A stretch of 58,045 nt of DNA from Candidatus Daviesbacteria bacterium RIFCSPHIGHO2_01_FULL_41_45 (GCA_001776975.1 MFCS01000029.1:1-58045), one strand, 5' to 3'; positions 18,846 through 29,292 are shown, numbered from the stretch's first letter. Notes: generated from the sequence alone by a model not told the origin. Numbers and translations are program-made.

Positions 18846-20558
18846 ATGACTTTTGATAATTTAACAGAGTATTTTGAGAAACTAGAAGTAACCTCCTCCA
18901 GACTGATTTTAATTGATATTTTATCTGATCTTTTTTCTCAAGCTGAAAAGACGGATGTGGCTCAGATTTGTTATTTACTTCAGGGACGAGTTGCTCCTTT
19001 TTATGAACCAATTGAGATTGGTATGGCTGAAAAAAATGTGACAGCATCGATTGCCAGAGCCTATGGGGTCAAACGGGAGCTAGTGCTTTCAGAGTACGGC
19101 CGGGTAGGGGATTTGGGTCAAGTGGCACAAAATTTAGCTGATCAGAAAAAAAATAAAAGTTCGCATCTTTTAATCTCAGATGTTTTCCAGACCTTATTGG
19201 ATATAGCTGAAATGCATGGTGAGGGAATGGTAGAAAAAAAGATCGTCTCTTTAGCAAGCCTGTTATCTAATACGAGTGGTAAAGAGGCAAGGCATTTAGT
19301 TAGAATTCCTTTAGGAGCTACAAGACTCGGTGTGGGGGATCCAACAATTTTAGATGCTTTTGCCAAATTAAAATTGGGCGATAAAAGCAAAAGAAAATTA
19401 TTAGAGGGAGCGTATAATAAAGTCTCTGATTTAGGGTTAATTGGAGAGGTTTTGTGGGGTAAGGGTTTAAAAGGCGTTGCAGAATTAGATGTAATGGTCG
19501 GTAGGCCTTTAAGAAGTCAGCTTTGTGAAAGACTGACAGATTCAAAAACCATCCTAGAAAAACTGGATGGTTTAGTACATGTCCAGTATAAATATGATGG
19601 GTTTAGGGTTCAGATTCACAAAAATGGTGATAAAGTGAGGTTTTTTTCCCGGAATTTAGAGGAGACCACCCCAATGTTTCCCGAGATTGTAGAAGGAGTT
19701 TTAAAACAGGTTAAAGCAAAAACAATAATTCTAGATTCAGAGGCGTTGGCTTTTAATCCGGAGTCCGAGGAGTTTTTACCCTTTCAGGAAACTACAAAGC
19801 GAAGAAGAAAATATGAGATAGAAAAAATGCAAAAACAGTTGCCTCTAAAGGCTTTTGTTTTTGATGTGATGTATATTGATGGAAAATCTTTAGTGGATAC
19901 GCCACTCAAAGAACGAATTGAAATTCTAAACAAATTTATAGAGGGTGATGAAATATTAATTCCGCAACCGGGGGAGTATGTTAGTGATCATTTAAGATTG
20001 GAGAAGATTTTTCAAGAATCTTTGGCAAAAGGCTTGGAGGGAGTAATTACTAAAAGGCCAGATTCAAAATACGAGGCGGGGGCGAGGAATTTTAATTGGA
20101 TTAAACTGAAGAGACATTCCAGCGGGGAGTTAAAAGATACTATTGATTGTGTTATCTTGGGATACATTTTTGGCAAAGGCAAGAGAGCTGATTTTGGGGC
20201 CGGTGCATTATTAGTTGGGGTTTACGATAAAGATAAAGATGAGTTCCTAACTGTTTCCAAGATTGGCACAGGGTTGACTGATGAAGAATGGAGAGAGGTA
20301 CATCAAAGGGCGGATAAATTAAAAGTTGATACCAAGCCTGCCAGGGTAAAATCGGTTTTAACCCCGTCTGTTTGGGTGACCCCGGAGATTGTAATTGAGG
20401 TATTGGCAGATGAGATTACCATCTCACCCATACACACAGCAGGATATGCTTTAAGGTTTCCCAGGTTAGTTAAATTTAGAGGGTACGATAAGCAAGCTGA
20501 GGATGCCACAACTGTTAAAGAGATAAAAAAGATGTACAGTCAGCAATATAAGACCTAA
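18846..20558 (+). CDS. ATP-dependent DNA ligase (Lig1/archaeal-type, with an N-terminal DNA-binding domain)
   Basis: Adenylation motif I KYDGFR, motif III FVFDVMY, motif IV EGVITK, motif V LLVGVYD, and an OB domain. 570 aa. Confidence 0.9.
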   Translation: MTFDNLTEYFEKLEVTSSRLILIDILSDLFSQAEKTDVAQICYLLQGRVAPFYEPIEIGMAEKNVTASIARAYGVKRELVLSEYGRVGDLGQVAQNLADQKKNKSSHLLISDVFQTLLDIAEMHGEGMVEKKIVSLASLLSNTSGKEARHLVRIPLGATRLGVGDPTILDAFAKLKLGDKSKRKLLEGAYNKVSDLGLIGEVLWGKGLKGVAELDVMVGRPLRSQLCERLTDSKTILEKLDGLVHVQYKYDGFRVQIHKNGDKVRFFSRNLEETTPMFPEIVEGVLKQVKAKTIILDSEALAFNPESEEFLPFQETTKRRRKYEIEKMQKQLPLKAFVFDVMYIDGKSLVDTPLKERIEILNKFIEGDEILIPQPGEYVSDHLRLEKIFQESLAKGLEGVITKRPDSKYEAGARNFNWIKLKRHSSGELKDTIDCVILGYIFGKGKRADFGAGALLVGVYDKDKDEFLTVSKIGTGLTDEEWREVHQRADKLKVDTKPARVKSVLTPSVWVTPEIVIEVLADEITISPIHTAGYALRFPRLVKFRGYDKQAEDATTVKEIKKMYSQQYKT

Positions 20559-21004
20559 CGCTTGGAAGGGAAGGGATATTTTTTCGCACCCTCTGGCGTC
20601 TGCACTAAATAAATCCTCGTTCCCGGATTGACGAAACCAGTGTCTGAAAACTCTTCATGTAATAGTTCTTGACAGCCAAAGACGTCTAATACTGCCTCTG
20701 GAAAACCAGTAAACATAGCATCAGGAGCACAAAGTTCAGTGTTAAATCGTGCTTTTCCCTGGCCTAATTCAGGCCAGGTATGAACGATAATGGCAGATTC
20801 AGCAAGTATTAATCCGCCAGTTACCCCAACCGGAGAGAATTGTTCAAAGAAAGAGCTTCTAGTTGTCCAGCTCATTTTACGAGCCACCTCCCTTAAGGAC
20901 TCAATTAGTCTAGCAGGGTTATCGAGTAGACCTTGGTGAGCGCCATTTATTTTAGTTATGGCTATTTTGGCAGTGATGTCAGTAAATCTTTCAGGGATAC
21001 CCAT
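20555..21004 (-). CDS. speH: S-adenosylmethionine decarboxylase proenzyme-like protein (SpeH/SpeD small class)
   Basis: FSPVGVTGGLILAESAIIVHTWPE matches the self-cleavage and active-site region (E-S site, HTWPE). Confidence 0.7.
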   Translation of the reverse strand: MGIPERFTDITAKIAITKINGAHQGLLDNPARLIESLREVARKMSWTTRSSFFEQFSPVGVTGGLILAESAIIVHTWPELGQGKARFNTELCAPDAMFTGFPEAVLDVFGCQELLHEEFSDTGFVNPGTRIYLVQTPEGAKKYPFPSKR

Positions 21005-21009
21005 ACCTA

Positions 21010-21023
21010 AATCTTATAAGATT
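21010..21023. repeat. 14-nt perfect palindrome AATCTTATAAGATT next to the speH start
   Basis: Self-complementary 14-mer located 6 nt upstream of the minus-strand ATG at 21004, in the divergent speH/pth region. Confidence 0.4.
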
Positions 21024-21074
21024 ATTGATCCTATATCAATAAAATAGTATCTTTATCTGGTAAAATCATTAAAG

Positions 21075-21659
21075 ATGAAATTAATTGTTGGACTTGGGAA
21101 TCCGGGGGAGAAGTTTATTAATACCAGACACAATCTGGGCTTTATGGTGGTAGATGAATATGTTAAAAAACATTTAGGACCTAAAATTATCTGGGAGAGT
21201 AGTAAAGATTTTAAATCAGAGATGTTAAAACTAAGTAATGATTTATGGTTGGTAAAACCGCAAACCTTCATGAATCATTCAGGAGTAGCTGTGGAAAATA
21301 TCTGCCGTTACTACAAAATTAACCCCAGCGATTTAATAGTGATCTATGATGATTTGGATCTACCTTTGGGAAAAATAAAAATCAGAATGGGGGGATCAGC
21401 AGCGGGACATCATGGAGTAGAGTCAATCCTTGAAAGATTGGGTAAGGATGGTTTCATTAGAATTAGAATTGGCATTGGAAACTTAAAATCAAAGATGGCT
21501 GAACAAAAGGATCATTTATTCGATGCCAATCGTTTTGTGGTTGATGATTTTGATCAAAGTGAAAAATCCAAGATTCGGCACGCTGTTAAACAGTCCATCA
21601 ATGCACTAGATGTTTTAATAAAAGACGGGCTAGAAAAAGTTCAGACTCAGTTCAACTAA
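21075..21659 (+). CDS. pth: Peptidyl-tRNA hydrolase
   Basis: MKLIVGLGNPGEKFINTRHNLGF and the GHHGVES motif are typical of Pth. Confidence 0.92.
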   Translation: MKLIVGLGNPGEKFINTRHNLGFMVVDEYVKKHLGPKIIWESSKDFKSEMLKLSNDLWLVKPQTFMNHSGVAVENICRYYKINPSDLIVIYDDLDLPLGKIKIRMGGSAAGHHGVESILERLGKDGFIRIRIGIGNLKSKMAEQKDHLFDANRFVVDDFDQSEKSKIRHAVKQSINALDVLIKDGLEKVQTQFN

Positions 21660-21662
21660 TGG

Positions 21663-22421
21663 TTGACACCTATCTTACTAGATATTAAACTAACTCCAGT
21701 GAAAAATATTACTCCTCAGGTAGCGATCCTAATCGGCTCGGTACTGATCTCTTTATCGATATTGGTCCATGGTGGAATTATTAAAATAGGCAAGGCTGGT
21801 TCTGTGGTGACCCAACCAACTGCTGGGACTCCAGTAGCTCAACCTCAAGCTAAAACAGACACAGAGAGGACTCAGTCATTTAAAAAGTTAGCTGGAGATT
21901 TAAAACTAGACACTAAAAAATTCGACGCTTGTTTAGAAGCAGGAGAGAAAGCCTCCTTAGTATCAGCTGATCAAAGTGAAGGTACCACTTTGGGCGTAGG
22001 AGGGACGCCCTCATTTTTTGTTAATGGAAGAGAGTTGTTTGTTGGTGCAGCGCCATTTTCCGAGTTTAAGAAGATGATTGATGAGGAACTAAACGGTAGT
22101 GCTCCTGTGACCACGGTCAGGAAGACGGTTTCTGTGGGTAATTTACCAGCTAAGGGTAGCGCCTCAGCCCCAGTTACTCTCATTGAGTTTTCTGATTATC
22201 AGTGTCCATTTTGTGCCAGGTTTTATTCTGATGCTGAGAAACAAATTTTAAAAGAGTACGTTGATACTGGAAAAGTGAAGCTATACTATCGAGATTTTCC
22301 TTTAACTCAAATCCATCCTGGGGCTCAGAAAGCAGCTGAGGCAGCCAGGTGTGCCGGAGATCAAAATAGATATTGGGAGTACCACGATTTGGTCTTTGAA
22401 AATCAAGCTAGTATCTTCTAG
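21663..22421 (+). CDS. Membrane-anchored DsbA/thioredoxin-like thiol-disulfide oxidoreductase with swapped domain halves
   Basis: N-terminal TM segment. CPFC active site at 22203-22214. The GGTPSFFVNG block, normally C-terminal, precedes the CPFC block. The start codon is uncertain (TTG 21663 or GTG 21699). Confidence 0.75.
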   Translation: MTPILLDIKLTPVKNITPQVAILIGSVLISLSILVHGGIIKIGKAGSVVTQPTAGTPVAQPQAKTDTERTQSFKKLAGDLKLDTKKFDACLEAGEKASLVSADQSEGTTLGVGGTPSFFVNGRELFVGAAPFSEFKKMIDEELNGSAPVTTVRKTVSVGNLPAKGSASAPVTLIEFSDYQCPFCARFYSDAEKQILKEYVDTGKVKLYYRDFPLTQIHPGAQKAAEAARCAGDQNRYWEYHDLVFENQASIF

Positions 22422-22424
22422 AAA

Positions 22425-23171
22425 ATGTCAATTTTGGGAAGCATAGTCGTCGCCAATTTACTAATTGGAATGTTGGCGTTGGTAGGGGTTTTTTTGTTGT
22501 TAAAAAAAGAATTTATCAACAAACACACCATAACTTTTCTAGTAAGTTTTGCTGCGGGGGTAATTTTAGCAACATCTTTTTTAGATCTATTACCTGAGGC
22601 TATCGAAGGCGTAGGGGAGCCTCAGCAGGTTTTACCGTTTACCCTACTTGCCATTGTGTCATTTTTCTTTTTAGAGAGATTTGTTTTGTGGTTTCACCAT
22701 CATGATGATACGCATGGCGCAAATCCAGCCTCAGTTTTGATATTATTGGGAGATTCACTACACAATTTTATAGACGGGGTAGCGATCGCAGCAGCTTTTT
22801 TAACTGATCCAAACCTAGGAATATTAACTACTGTGGCAATTGCAGCACATGAGATACCCCAAGAGTTCGCCGATTTTAGCATTCTGGTTTCTGGGGGAAT
22901 GAAAAAAACTAAGGCGCTGTTATTTAACTTTCTTTCGGGCTTGACCGCTATTCTGGGAGGAGTAGTCGGATTCTTCTTTCTGGATAAAATTTCCACCCTT
23001 TTACCAATAACACTAGCCTTCACTGCAGGGATGTTTATTTATATTGCTTGCTCAGATTTGATTCCTGATCTTCATCGACATCTGGAGGAGAGAAAGGGTT
23101 GGATTCAATTCCTACCGTTTTTGTTTGGCATCGGATTAACTTGGATTATGGTAGTGAATTTAGGTCACTAG
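22425..23171 (+). CDS. zupT: ZIP family metal (zinc) transporter
   Basis: HNFIDGVAIA and the HEIPQEFADF signature, with a His-rich loop HHHDDTH. Confidence 0.8.
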   Translation: MSILGSIVVANLLIGMLALVGVFLLLKKEFINKHTITFLVSFAAGVILATSFLDLLPEAIEGVGEPQQVLPFTLLAIVSFFFLERFVLWFHHHDDTHGANPASVLILLGDSLHNFIDGVAIAAAFLTDPNLGILTTVAIAAHEIPQEFADFSILVSGGMKKTKALLFNFLSGLTAILGGVVGFFFLDKISTLLPITLAFTAGMFIYIACSDLIPDLHRHLEERKGWIQFLPFLFGIGLTWIMVVNLGH

Positions 23172-25224
23172 AGAGCTTATAAATTATTGTTTCGCCATGT
23201 TGAAAAACCTCTTCGCCTAAGTTGGCAAACTTACCTGCAGCTAATTTAGGGTATTTTTGTCTTTCTAGATCGCCAATAAAAACATAGGAGATATTATATT
23301 TTTTTATCAGCTGTCGCGTTTCGTTTAAATCTTCACTTTCATACAAAAGCTGTACCTCGGGAATACGAGAGGAGATGCCACTGTAATCTCCTCTCCACAG
23401 CCATTCGTGAACTGGCCATCCGGCTACCGTCGGCAACCCTGTGTTAGCGGATACCCGGAGGTAATCTGTATAAGAATCTCCGTTTGCTTCCAGGATAATT
23501 GGTTGTCCCTGAACGTTGTTTCTTAACCAAATAATCCCTAGGTAATCGCTGGGGTGGGTAGATGATAAATATTTTAATCCATCAAGATCTGTGGCCGACT
23601 GAAGGTTATTATAGTATGAGCTGATGGCAAAGTAGGGATATACTGCAACTAGGGTAAATAAGAAGCTAGCGGGTAATAAATATAAATAGGAAGGTTTGGA
23701 GCTAATGATTCTGACAATCAGATACCCTGAGAGTAGTCCCAGGATTGTGAAAGCCTGGTATCCAAATTTAAAAACTGTGTTAGCCCGGTAGTGTTGTGGA
23801 TAAATATCTTTAGCATAAAATATCTCGGGAATTATTACTAAAATTAATGCAGCTGTGGCAAGGGAGAGTATTAGTAAGTCAAGACTGATGATCTTTTTAT
23901 CTTTCAGGATGACAAATTTTATAAATCCACTCATTAAAAACAATGGGAATCCCCAAAGTATGAGTAGCATCCAAAATGGTGAAAGTGAGCAGTGGTTTGC
24001 TTCAAATAAGAATGGGCCAATTTTTCCAATATCTATTAAAAATTGAGGGGCGCACAGCACTCCAATGCCTGAGGCAAAAGGGGTGAAGTGGATCCAAAAT
24101 GGTAAGGAGAAAATGATGGTTAAGAAAAAAATTATACCAATTTTTAATAGAGATTCCCGAGAAAACTTTACAAATAAAATTATTGATAAAACTAGTAGAT
24201 AAATTGGTCCATCTAAAACATTGGTCATTAAAAATATAGATAGCAGTAATCCTAAAACACCGTAATCAAAAAGAAAAAGCCTCTTTTGAAAAAAAATTTT
24301 AATAATGATCGCCAAAAATAATAAGACGAAAGGAATATTAAAAACATGTCCATGCAGATCAGATACGACAAAAGAATATAAGGGAAATTCGTGAATAGTA
24401 TTGGGGATAAAACGGGTAGCATTTGGATACCAGTACTCGCCAAAGTTTAGTTTTAAGGGTAGTTGCCAAAAAGGAACGGGGTTTTCAGCTGGGACATAAC
24501 TTTGAAAGAAAAGATAAATAGGATGTAAGTTACCTCCTAATGTCACCAAGAAAGCACTGATAGCTCCGGCCGTAAGCATTAACTGCTTAGAGTCTGGTTT
24601 AAAAAAATAAAATAAGTTAGCACTGATAGAAAATGAAGCTGTTAGACAGATAGCAAATATTGTAGCCAATACTAAATTATAGGAGATGGCAGAATCGATA
24701 GCGGATAATTTCATTAAAACTGCTGCCGACAAATGTCCAAAATAATAATAGTTAATCGTTAATGGTGTCATCCAGATATCTTTTGGAGGAAAGTAGTCGC
24801 TTCTTAATATCGAGTTGATAAAACCAAAATCCATGAACTTCTCTAAGCCATAGAGAGATGGTTCGTGGGATCTGATAAAAGCCCAAAATATTAATCCGGC
24901 CGTAAACAAAATCTCACTGAGCAGTATTTGATATTTTGAGTCAAGTATTTGATTAAATAATTTATTTTTAAACAACAGATATAAGTTTAACAAAAGACAG
25001 ATCAAGGTAAGCAGATATACAGTGAATGTATTAAACGGAAGGATATACAAACTTCCAAGTAGCCAACTGAGATATCCTATAACTACCAATCCAATAACCT
25101 TGGAAAATATGTATCCTTTATCAAAAAAGGATCCAAAGATCTGTATGGTTAGGGGAAGAAATGCTATCCCTAATAAAAATAATACTACCCACCACTGAAG
25201 TATATAAAATATGTTTTCCGACAT
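23146..25224 (-). CDS. Large polytopic membrane protein, DUF2298 / YYY-motif family (putative GT-C-like)
   Basis: 692 aa with many TM segments. LTINYYYFGH motif, and a soluble C-terminal domain. Confidence 0.7.
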   Translation of the reverse strand: MSENIFYILQWWVVLFLLGIAFLPLTIQIFGSFFDKGYIFSKVIGLVVIGYLSWLLGSLYILPFNTFTVYLLTLICLLLNLYLLFKNKLFNQILDSKYQILLSEILFTAGLIFWAFIRSHEPSLYGLEKFMDFGFINSILRSDYFPPKDIWMTPLTINYYYFGHLSAAVLMKLSAIDSAISYNLVLATIFAICLTASFSISANLFYFFKPDSKQLMLTAGAISAFLVTLGGNLHPIYLFFQSYVPAENPVPFWQLPLKLNFGEYWYPNATRFIPNTIHEFPLYSFVVSDLHGHVFNIPFVLLFLAIIIKIFFQKRLFLFDYGVLGLLLSIFLMTNVLDGPIYLLVLSIILFVKFSRESLLKIGIIFFLTIIFSLPFWIHFTPFASGIGVLCAPQFLIDIGKIGPFLFEANHCSLSPFWMLLILWGFPLFLMSGFIKFVILKDKKIISLDLLILSLATAALILVIIPEIFYAKDIYPQHYRANTVFKFGYQAFTILGLLSGYLIVRIISSKPSYLYLLPASFLFTLVAVYPYFAISSYYNNLQSATDLDGLKYLSSTHPSDYLGIIWLRNNVQGQPIILEANGDSYTDYLRVSANTGLPTVAGWPVHEWLWRGDYSGISSRIPEVQLLYESEDLNETRQLIKKYNISYVFIGDLERQKYPKLAAGKFANLGEEVFQHGETIIYKLSSDLNSLP

Positions 25225-25227
25225 CAG

Positions 25228-26034
25228 CTACCTTCCACCATATCGTCCAAGTTGACTTTGGATCAGTCCTTTGTCTTTATAAATTCTATGGAAGCAACGT
25301 AGTGCTGCTAGGAGATAACTTAAAGGAAGAGGCTTTCCGTCTTTTTCTAAACCATAAGAAATCGGTACCTCAGTGTATGAATAATTATGCATCCAGGAAA
25401 CTATAGCTCTTATCTCAGTTTGATACATGTGAAAGGGGCCCTGGACTGCCGAACTCCATTTTTCTGGCGGTACCACACTAAACATATCTTTAATCACTTG
25501 ACTTCTAAAACCCTGAAAACCGCTAGCAGCATCAGTTAAGTTAGTATCTAGAAATAGATTAGAAAGTAGTGTCGCCGACCTACTCGCTAGTTGTCTTTGC
25601 CATGGGTAGGTATTAACTCCTCCGTTATTAAATCTGGTTGATAGAACTATGTCATAATAATTTAACTGTTTTACTAAATTGGACAATTCTTCGGGTAAAT
25701 GACCTCCACCGGAATCAATCTCTATGACCCTATCTCCCAACTTAGCTGCGGTCTCTAAGCCCTTGAGATAGGCATAGGCAAAAGTATTGTCTTTGACAAT
25801 TACACTACTAGCTATTCCTGGGAATTCTCTCTGTAACAGCAAATCTATCTCCTGAGTATTTTTAGGATCTAAACCCGAATGCATTGCCACTAGAACTTTA
25901 GTATCCAAACCTGTTTGAGCGGTAGTTTTAAGGATTCTCCCGATAAATGGATGAACGGTTGGTGCCGGAACGTTTAGTGAATCGATCACTACTACTAAAT
26001 CAGCTTTTTTTTCAGTTGTCATGTTGGTCTTCAT
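25228..26034 (-). CDS. GT2-family glycosyltransferase (polyprenyl-phosphate sugar synthase-like)
   Basis: LVVVID..., EIDSGGGHLPEEL (DxD-like region) and ASGFQGFR resemble dolichyl/undecaprenyl-phosphate glycosyltransferases. Confidence 0.65.
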   Translation of the reverse strand: MKTNMTTEKKADLVVVIDSLNVPAPTVHPFIGRILKTTAQTGLDTKVLVAMHSGLDPKNTQEIDLLLQREFPGIASSVIVKDNTFAYAYLKGLETAAKLGDRVIEIDSGGGHLPEELSNLVKQLNYYDIVLSTRFNNGGVNTYPWQRQLASRSATLLSNLFLDTNLTDAASGFQGFRSQVIKDMFSVVPPEKWSSAVQGPFHMYQTEIRAIVSWMHNYSYTEVPISYGLEKDGKPLPLSYLLAALRCFHRIYKDKGLIQSQLGRYGGR

Positions 26035-26087
26035 ATATTAATTCTTTCCTTCTCTTTTTTAAAGATCATCAATGTTTTCCCTGTTTT

Positions 26088-27683
26088 TCATCTTTTAATC
26101 TCTCCGATAATAAAAGCAACAGCTCCGTTAGGATAATAAACAGTTTTTTTAAGGGAGAATTTATCGGCATATTCTGATTGGCTTAAGTAGTCTGGACTTA
26201 AGGAAAATAGCTGTTTTCTTGCTAAGTCTACGATAGAAGAATTTCGATAAAAATCACCACCGCGACATTTATTTTGACATAGATTTTCCGGGTCATAAAA
26301 TTTGAGAAATATATCTGCCCCATTAAACTCACCACTGAGATACATCTCATCGTAGGCATCGCTTTGTGAAAGAAAATAACTCATAATCTCTCTTGGTCCA
26401 TATTGCCAACCCCAGTAATCTGAGGAGTATCGAGGATATTCCCGGAAATATTTATCTCTGTAATTATTTATTGATAATGCAAGTACGACAAAAAACGAAA
26501 GTAGTAGAATAAAACGCATCGGTAAAATAGTAGGATACTTTAAATTAACCATAATCTTTAATAAATATGATAATCCTACCCCAGTCAGAATGGTAAAGGG
26601 GATAACTCCTAAAAGAGACCGATGAGAGAATGGCCCTTCAGCAACTACAGTTGAACCTATTGGATAGAGAAAAATAAGAAAAAAAATTATTAATAAAAAT
26701 CTTTTGTGATTTTGAAAAAGAAATAATAGGCCGAAGATAATTAAAGGTAATTGAATTAAGTAGAGTTCACCCATTCCTCTCACAGAATGACGAGTAATAA
26801 AATGTCCCGGCATATCGATGTCACCTTTAGTGAATAAAAAATCAGCTGAAAAGTGTTCTAAGTATGTTTTAATGATCGGTCCCGAGATAGATTCCAGGCT
26901 CATTCCTTGAGCAAACGGAGAGACACTCTGAAATCTAGTCAAAGCTTGACCGGCGAGAGTGGCCTGAATAAAGGGCAAAAAACCAACGATTAAAATCGTC
27001 GCAGTTATAAAAAAAGTAGATCTTTTAACCTGGATAATTGATCTATAATAAATTACGAAAAGCAGAGAGAGTAATGGAAGCATAACTAGTTGAATCACAT
27101 ATGCCGTATAAAATGTCACAACAAAAGAGACAGCGGATAAAGGTAATAGATAGGAGGATTTATTATCTGAGGTAATGAATTTATAGAAAAACAATAAAGA
27201 TAAGCTGAGAAAAAATGGCATGGGGATATACTCAAAACCCGACCTGCTGAAGTGAATGTGCCAAGGTGAAACAGCCAGGAAAAGTGCAGCGCTCAGTCCA
27301 GAAACTTCTTGCATGTTACGACCTCTGGTATTTAAAGAGGCTTTAACTGCTAAGTATAATATTAATATGGTGAGCGTTCCGTAAATTGCCATGGTCAGCC
27401 TGACAGATAACTCACTTAATCCTAATAAGGCAACGATCGGGATCATGCTGTATATAGCAACAGGGGTGCGGTAATCTCCGAACGACTGAAAATAAAAAGG
27501 AAAAGGTTTGTTATATTCATCAGCGCCAGTTGCCAGCAATTTATAGGCATTAAATCCGTTGGCTGCTTCATCAGCGAAAAATCCAGCAGGAATTTGATCT
27601 AGTTGGTAAGTTCTTAAAAATAATCCAAGAATAAGAATTAAAAAAAGACAGACTAGGTATAAATTATTGGGATAACTTTTCAT
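26088..27683 (-). CDS. GT-C fold membrane glycosyltransferase (ArnT/PMT-like)
   Basis: First-loop acidic motif FFADEAANGFNAY, then more than 10 TM segments and a soluble C-terminal domain. Confidence 0.75.
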   Translation of the reverse strand: MKSYPNNLYLVCLFLILILGLFLRTYQLDQIPAGFFADEAANGFNAYKLLATGADEYNKPFPFYFQSFGDYRTPVAIYSMIPIVALLGLSELSVRLTMAIYGTLTILILYLAVKASLNTRGRNMQEVSGLSAALFLAVSPWHIHFSRSGFEYIPMPFFLSLSLLFFYKFITSDNKSSYLLPLSAVSFVVTFYTAYVIQLVMLPLLSLLFVIYYRSIIQVKRSTFFITATILIVGFLPFIQATLAGQALTRFQSVSPFAQGMSLESISGPIIKTYLEHFSADFLFTKGDIDMPGHFITRHSVRGMGELYLIQLPLIIFGLLFLFQNHKRFLLIIFFLIFLYPIGSTVVAEGPFSHRSLLGVIPFTILTGVGLSYLLKIMVNLKYPTILPMRFILLLSFFVVLALSINNYRDKYFREYPRYSSDYWGWQYGPREIMSYFLSQSDAYDEMYLSGEFNGADIFLKFYDPENLCQNKCRGGDFYRNSSIVDLARKQLFSLSPDYLSQSEYADKFSLKKTVYYPNGAVAFIIGEIKR

Positions 27684-29292
27684 TTTTAAAGATCATAATT
27701 TTTGGATGATCATAAACGGTAAAAGACTCGTCAGCGTCAAAATCATTGATAGCTAAATTAGTAAAAGGAATTTTTGGATAGGATGAGAATTCGGCAACCT
27801 TGGTATAGTCTAACTGCTGGTTAAATAATTTTTGATAGTAATCAGCTGATTGGCGGTAACACCTAGAAGTAGGTAATGTTTGACAGTTGGTTAGTTTCAT
27901 TAAGGGCACGTATAATCGATTACTGGCAATAATAAGATAATCGGCCTGGCCAAGAATATTATTAACCCTATCCCACTTAGCTGGAGTGTCGGGCTCATAC
28001 ATAGGTAGCTCTAAACTTTGGTAACGACCAAAATTATCTGTAGGTAACTCATCATCCCAGTGTTCACGGGCGATTACTGCTGTTTGAGGGATCTGGGAGT
28101 TAATCCATTTTGTGGCAGTAACCCGGGTATTATCTGTGGAATAAATTTGCAGGAAAGATAAAGGCCAAACTAGAAGTAGAGCAATAATTAGAGAGCTCAG
28201 CATTATAAATAATGACTTAGGTAAATATTGTTTGATAACTTCATATAACTCAAAGAGCAAGAAGCCTGCTGACAAACAGAATAGGGGATAAAGCGGTAGC
28301 ATGTATCTCATGAACCCAACCGCAAAACCACCAACAACCAGAAAATATATCCAAAAAAAAGTTACAGGAATAAGGATTAACCATCTTTTTTTAAATACTG
28401 AATAGATGGTAATATATAAAATTCCAGATAAAGACAAGACAGAAAGAATCGGACCCAACCCCCAAAGAATATTTTTTAGTTCATAAAGATAACTCACTTT
28501 CCCGACGTACTGCAGTGTATAGGGGAAGACAAAAGCGTCTTTAGTCATCACTTGTTGTTCCATTGTTTGACGGAAAAAAGTTGCAAAATCAATTAAGGCG
28601 AAAGGTTCAGAGATGGCAAAAGTTATAAATATCAGCAACAATGTTGCAACTAAGGAAACAACAGATTTATATATTTTATGTCGATTAAGATGTAAGGGAA
28701 TAGATATTAGGAGCGGAACGAATAAAATCAGAGCGCTAGTTTTGGTAGCTAAAGCCAACCCCAAAGATACCCCACCAAAGTAGAGGTATCTTAAATGATT
28801 AGACCAGCGGTATTTCACGAGTAGATATAAACAAACAGTTATGAAAAAGGTGAGTGGCGTATCTACAGCATAAAAATGAGACAGTTGGATTGGTAGGACT
28901 GAAATAGCATAGAATAAAGAGGCGAGTAGGGCAGCTATTTTATTAAAGATAAGTTTGGTTAGTAAATACAATACTAGAACAGTTCCCGTATCAAATAAAG
29001 CTGAGAGAAATCTACCAACAAGGTTAATCTGGTCATATCGGCTATATAATGGGTCAATTAATCCCGCCAGGTTACCGGCAATAGCCAGTAAATAAATTGG
29101 CAAACTACCGTAAGCAAAAAACTCAGGATTAAGATTGTTAGGCCAACTAATTTTGTTTGTCACCATAGTGATCATCCGTTCGTCGGGGTGTAGGTGATAG
29201 CCTTGATCCCAATTTAATCCGTAGACCCGGAATATAAATGCCAAAACAATAATAATTGTCAGGATTAGGTTAGATCTGTAAAATGAGCTCAT
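27664..29292 (-). CDS. GT-C fold membrane glycosyltransferase, paralog 2
   Basis: NWDQGYHLHPDERMI first-loop motif and a polytopic body. Overlaps the downstream gene by 20 nt. Confidence 0.7.
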   Translation of the reverse strand: MSSFYRSNLILTIIIVLAFIFRVYGLNWDQGYHLHPDERMITMVTNKISWPNNLNPEFFAYGSLPIYLLAIAGNLAGLIDPLYSRYDQINLVGRFLSALFDTGTVLVLYLLTKLIFNKIAALLASLFYAISVLPIQLSHFYAVDTPLTFFITVCLYLLVKYRWSNHLRYLYFGGVSLGLALATKTSALILFVPLLISIPLHLNRHKIYKSVVSLVATLLLIFITFAISEPFALIDFATFFRQTMEQQVMTKDAFVFPYTLQYVGKVSYLYELKNILWGLGPILSVLSLSGILYITIYSVFKKRWLILIPVTFFWIYFLVVGGFAVGFMRYMLPLYPLFCLSAGFLLFELYEVIKQYLPKSLFIMLSSLIIALLLVWPLSFLQIYSTDNTRVTATKWINSQIPQTAVIAREHWDDELPTDNFGRYQSLELPMYEPDTPAKWDRVNNILGQADYLIIASNRLYVPLMKLTNCQTLPTSRCYRQSADYYQKLFNQQLDYTKVAEFSSYPKIPFTNLAINDFDADESFTVYDHPKIMIFKNEKLSQ

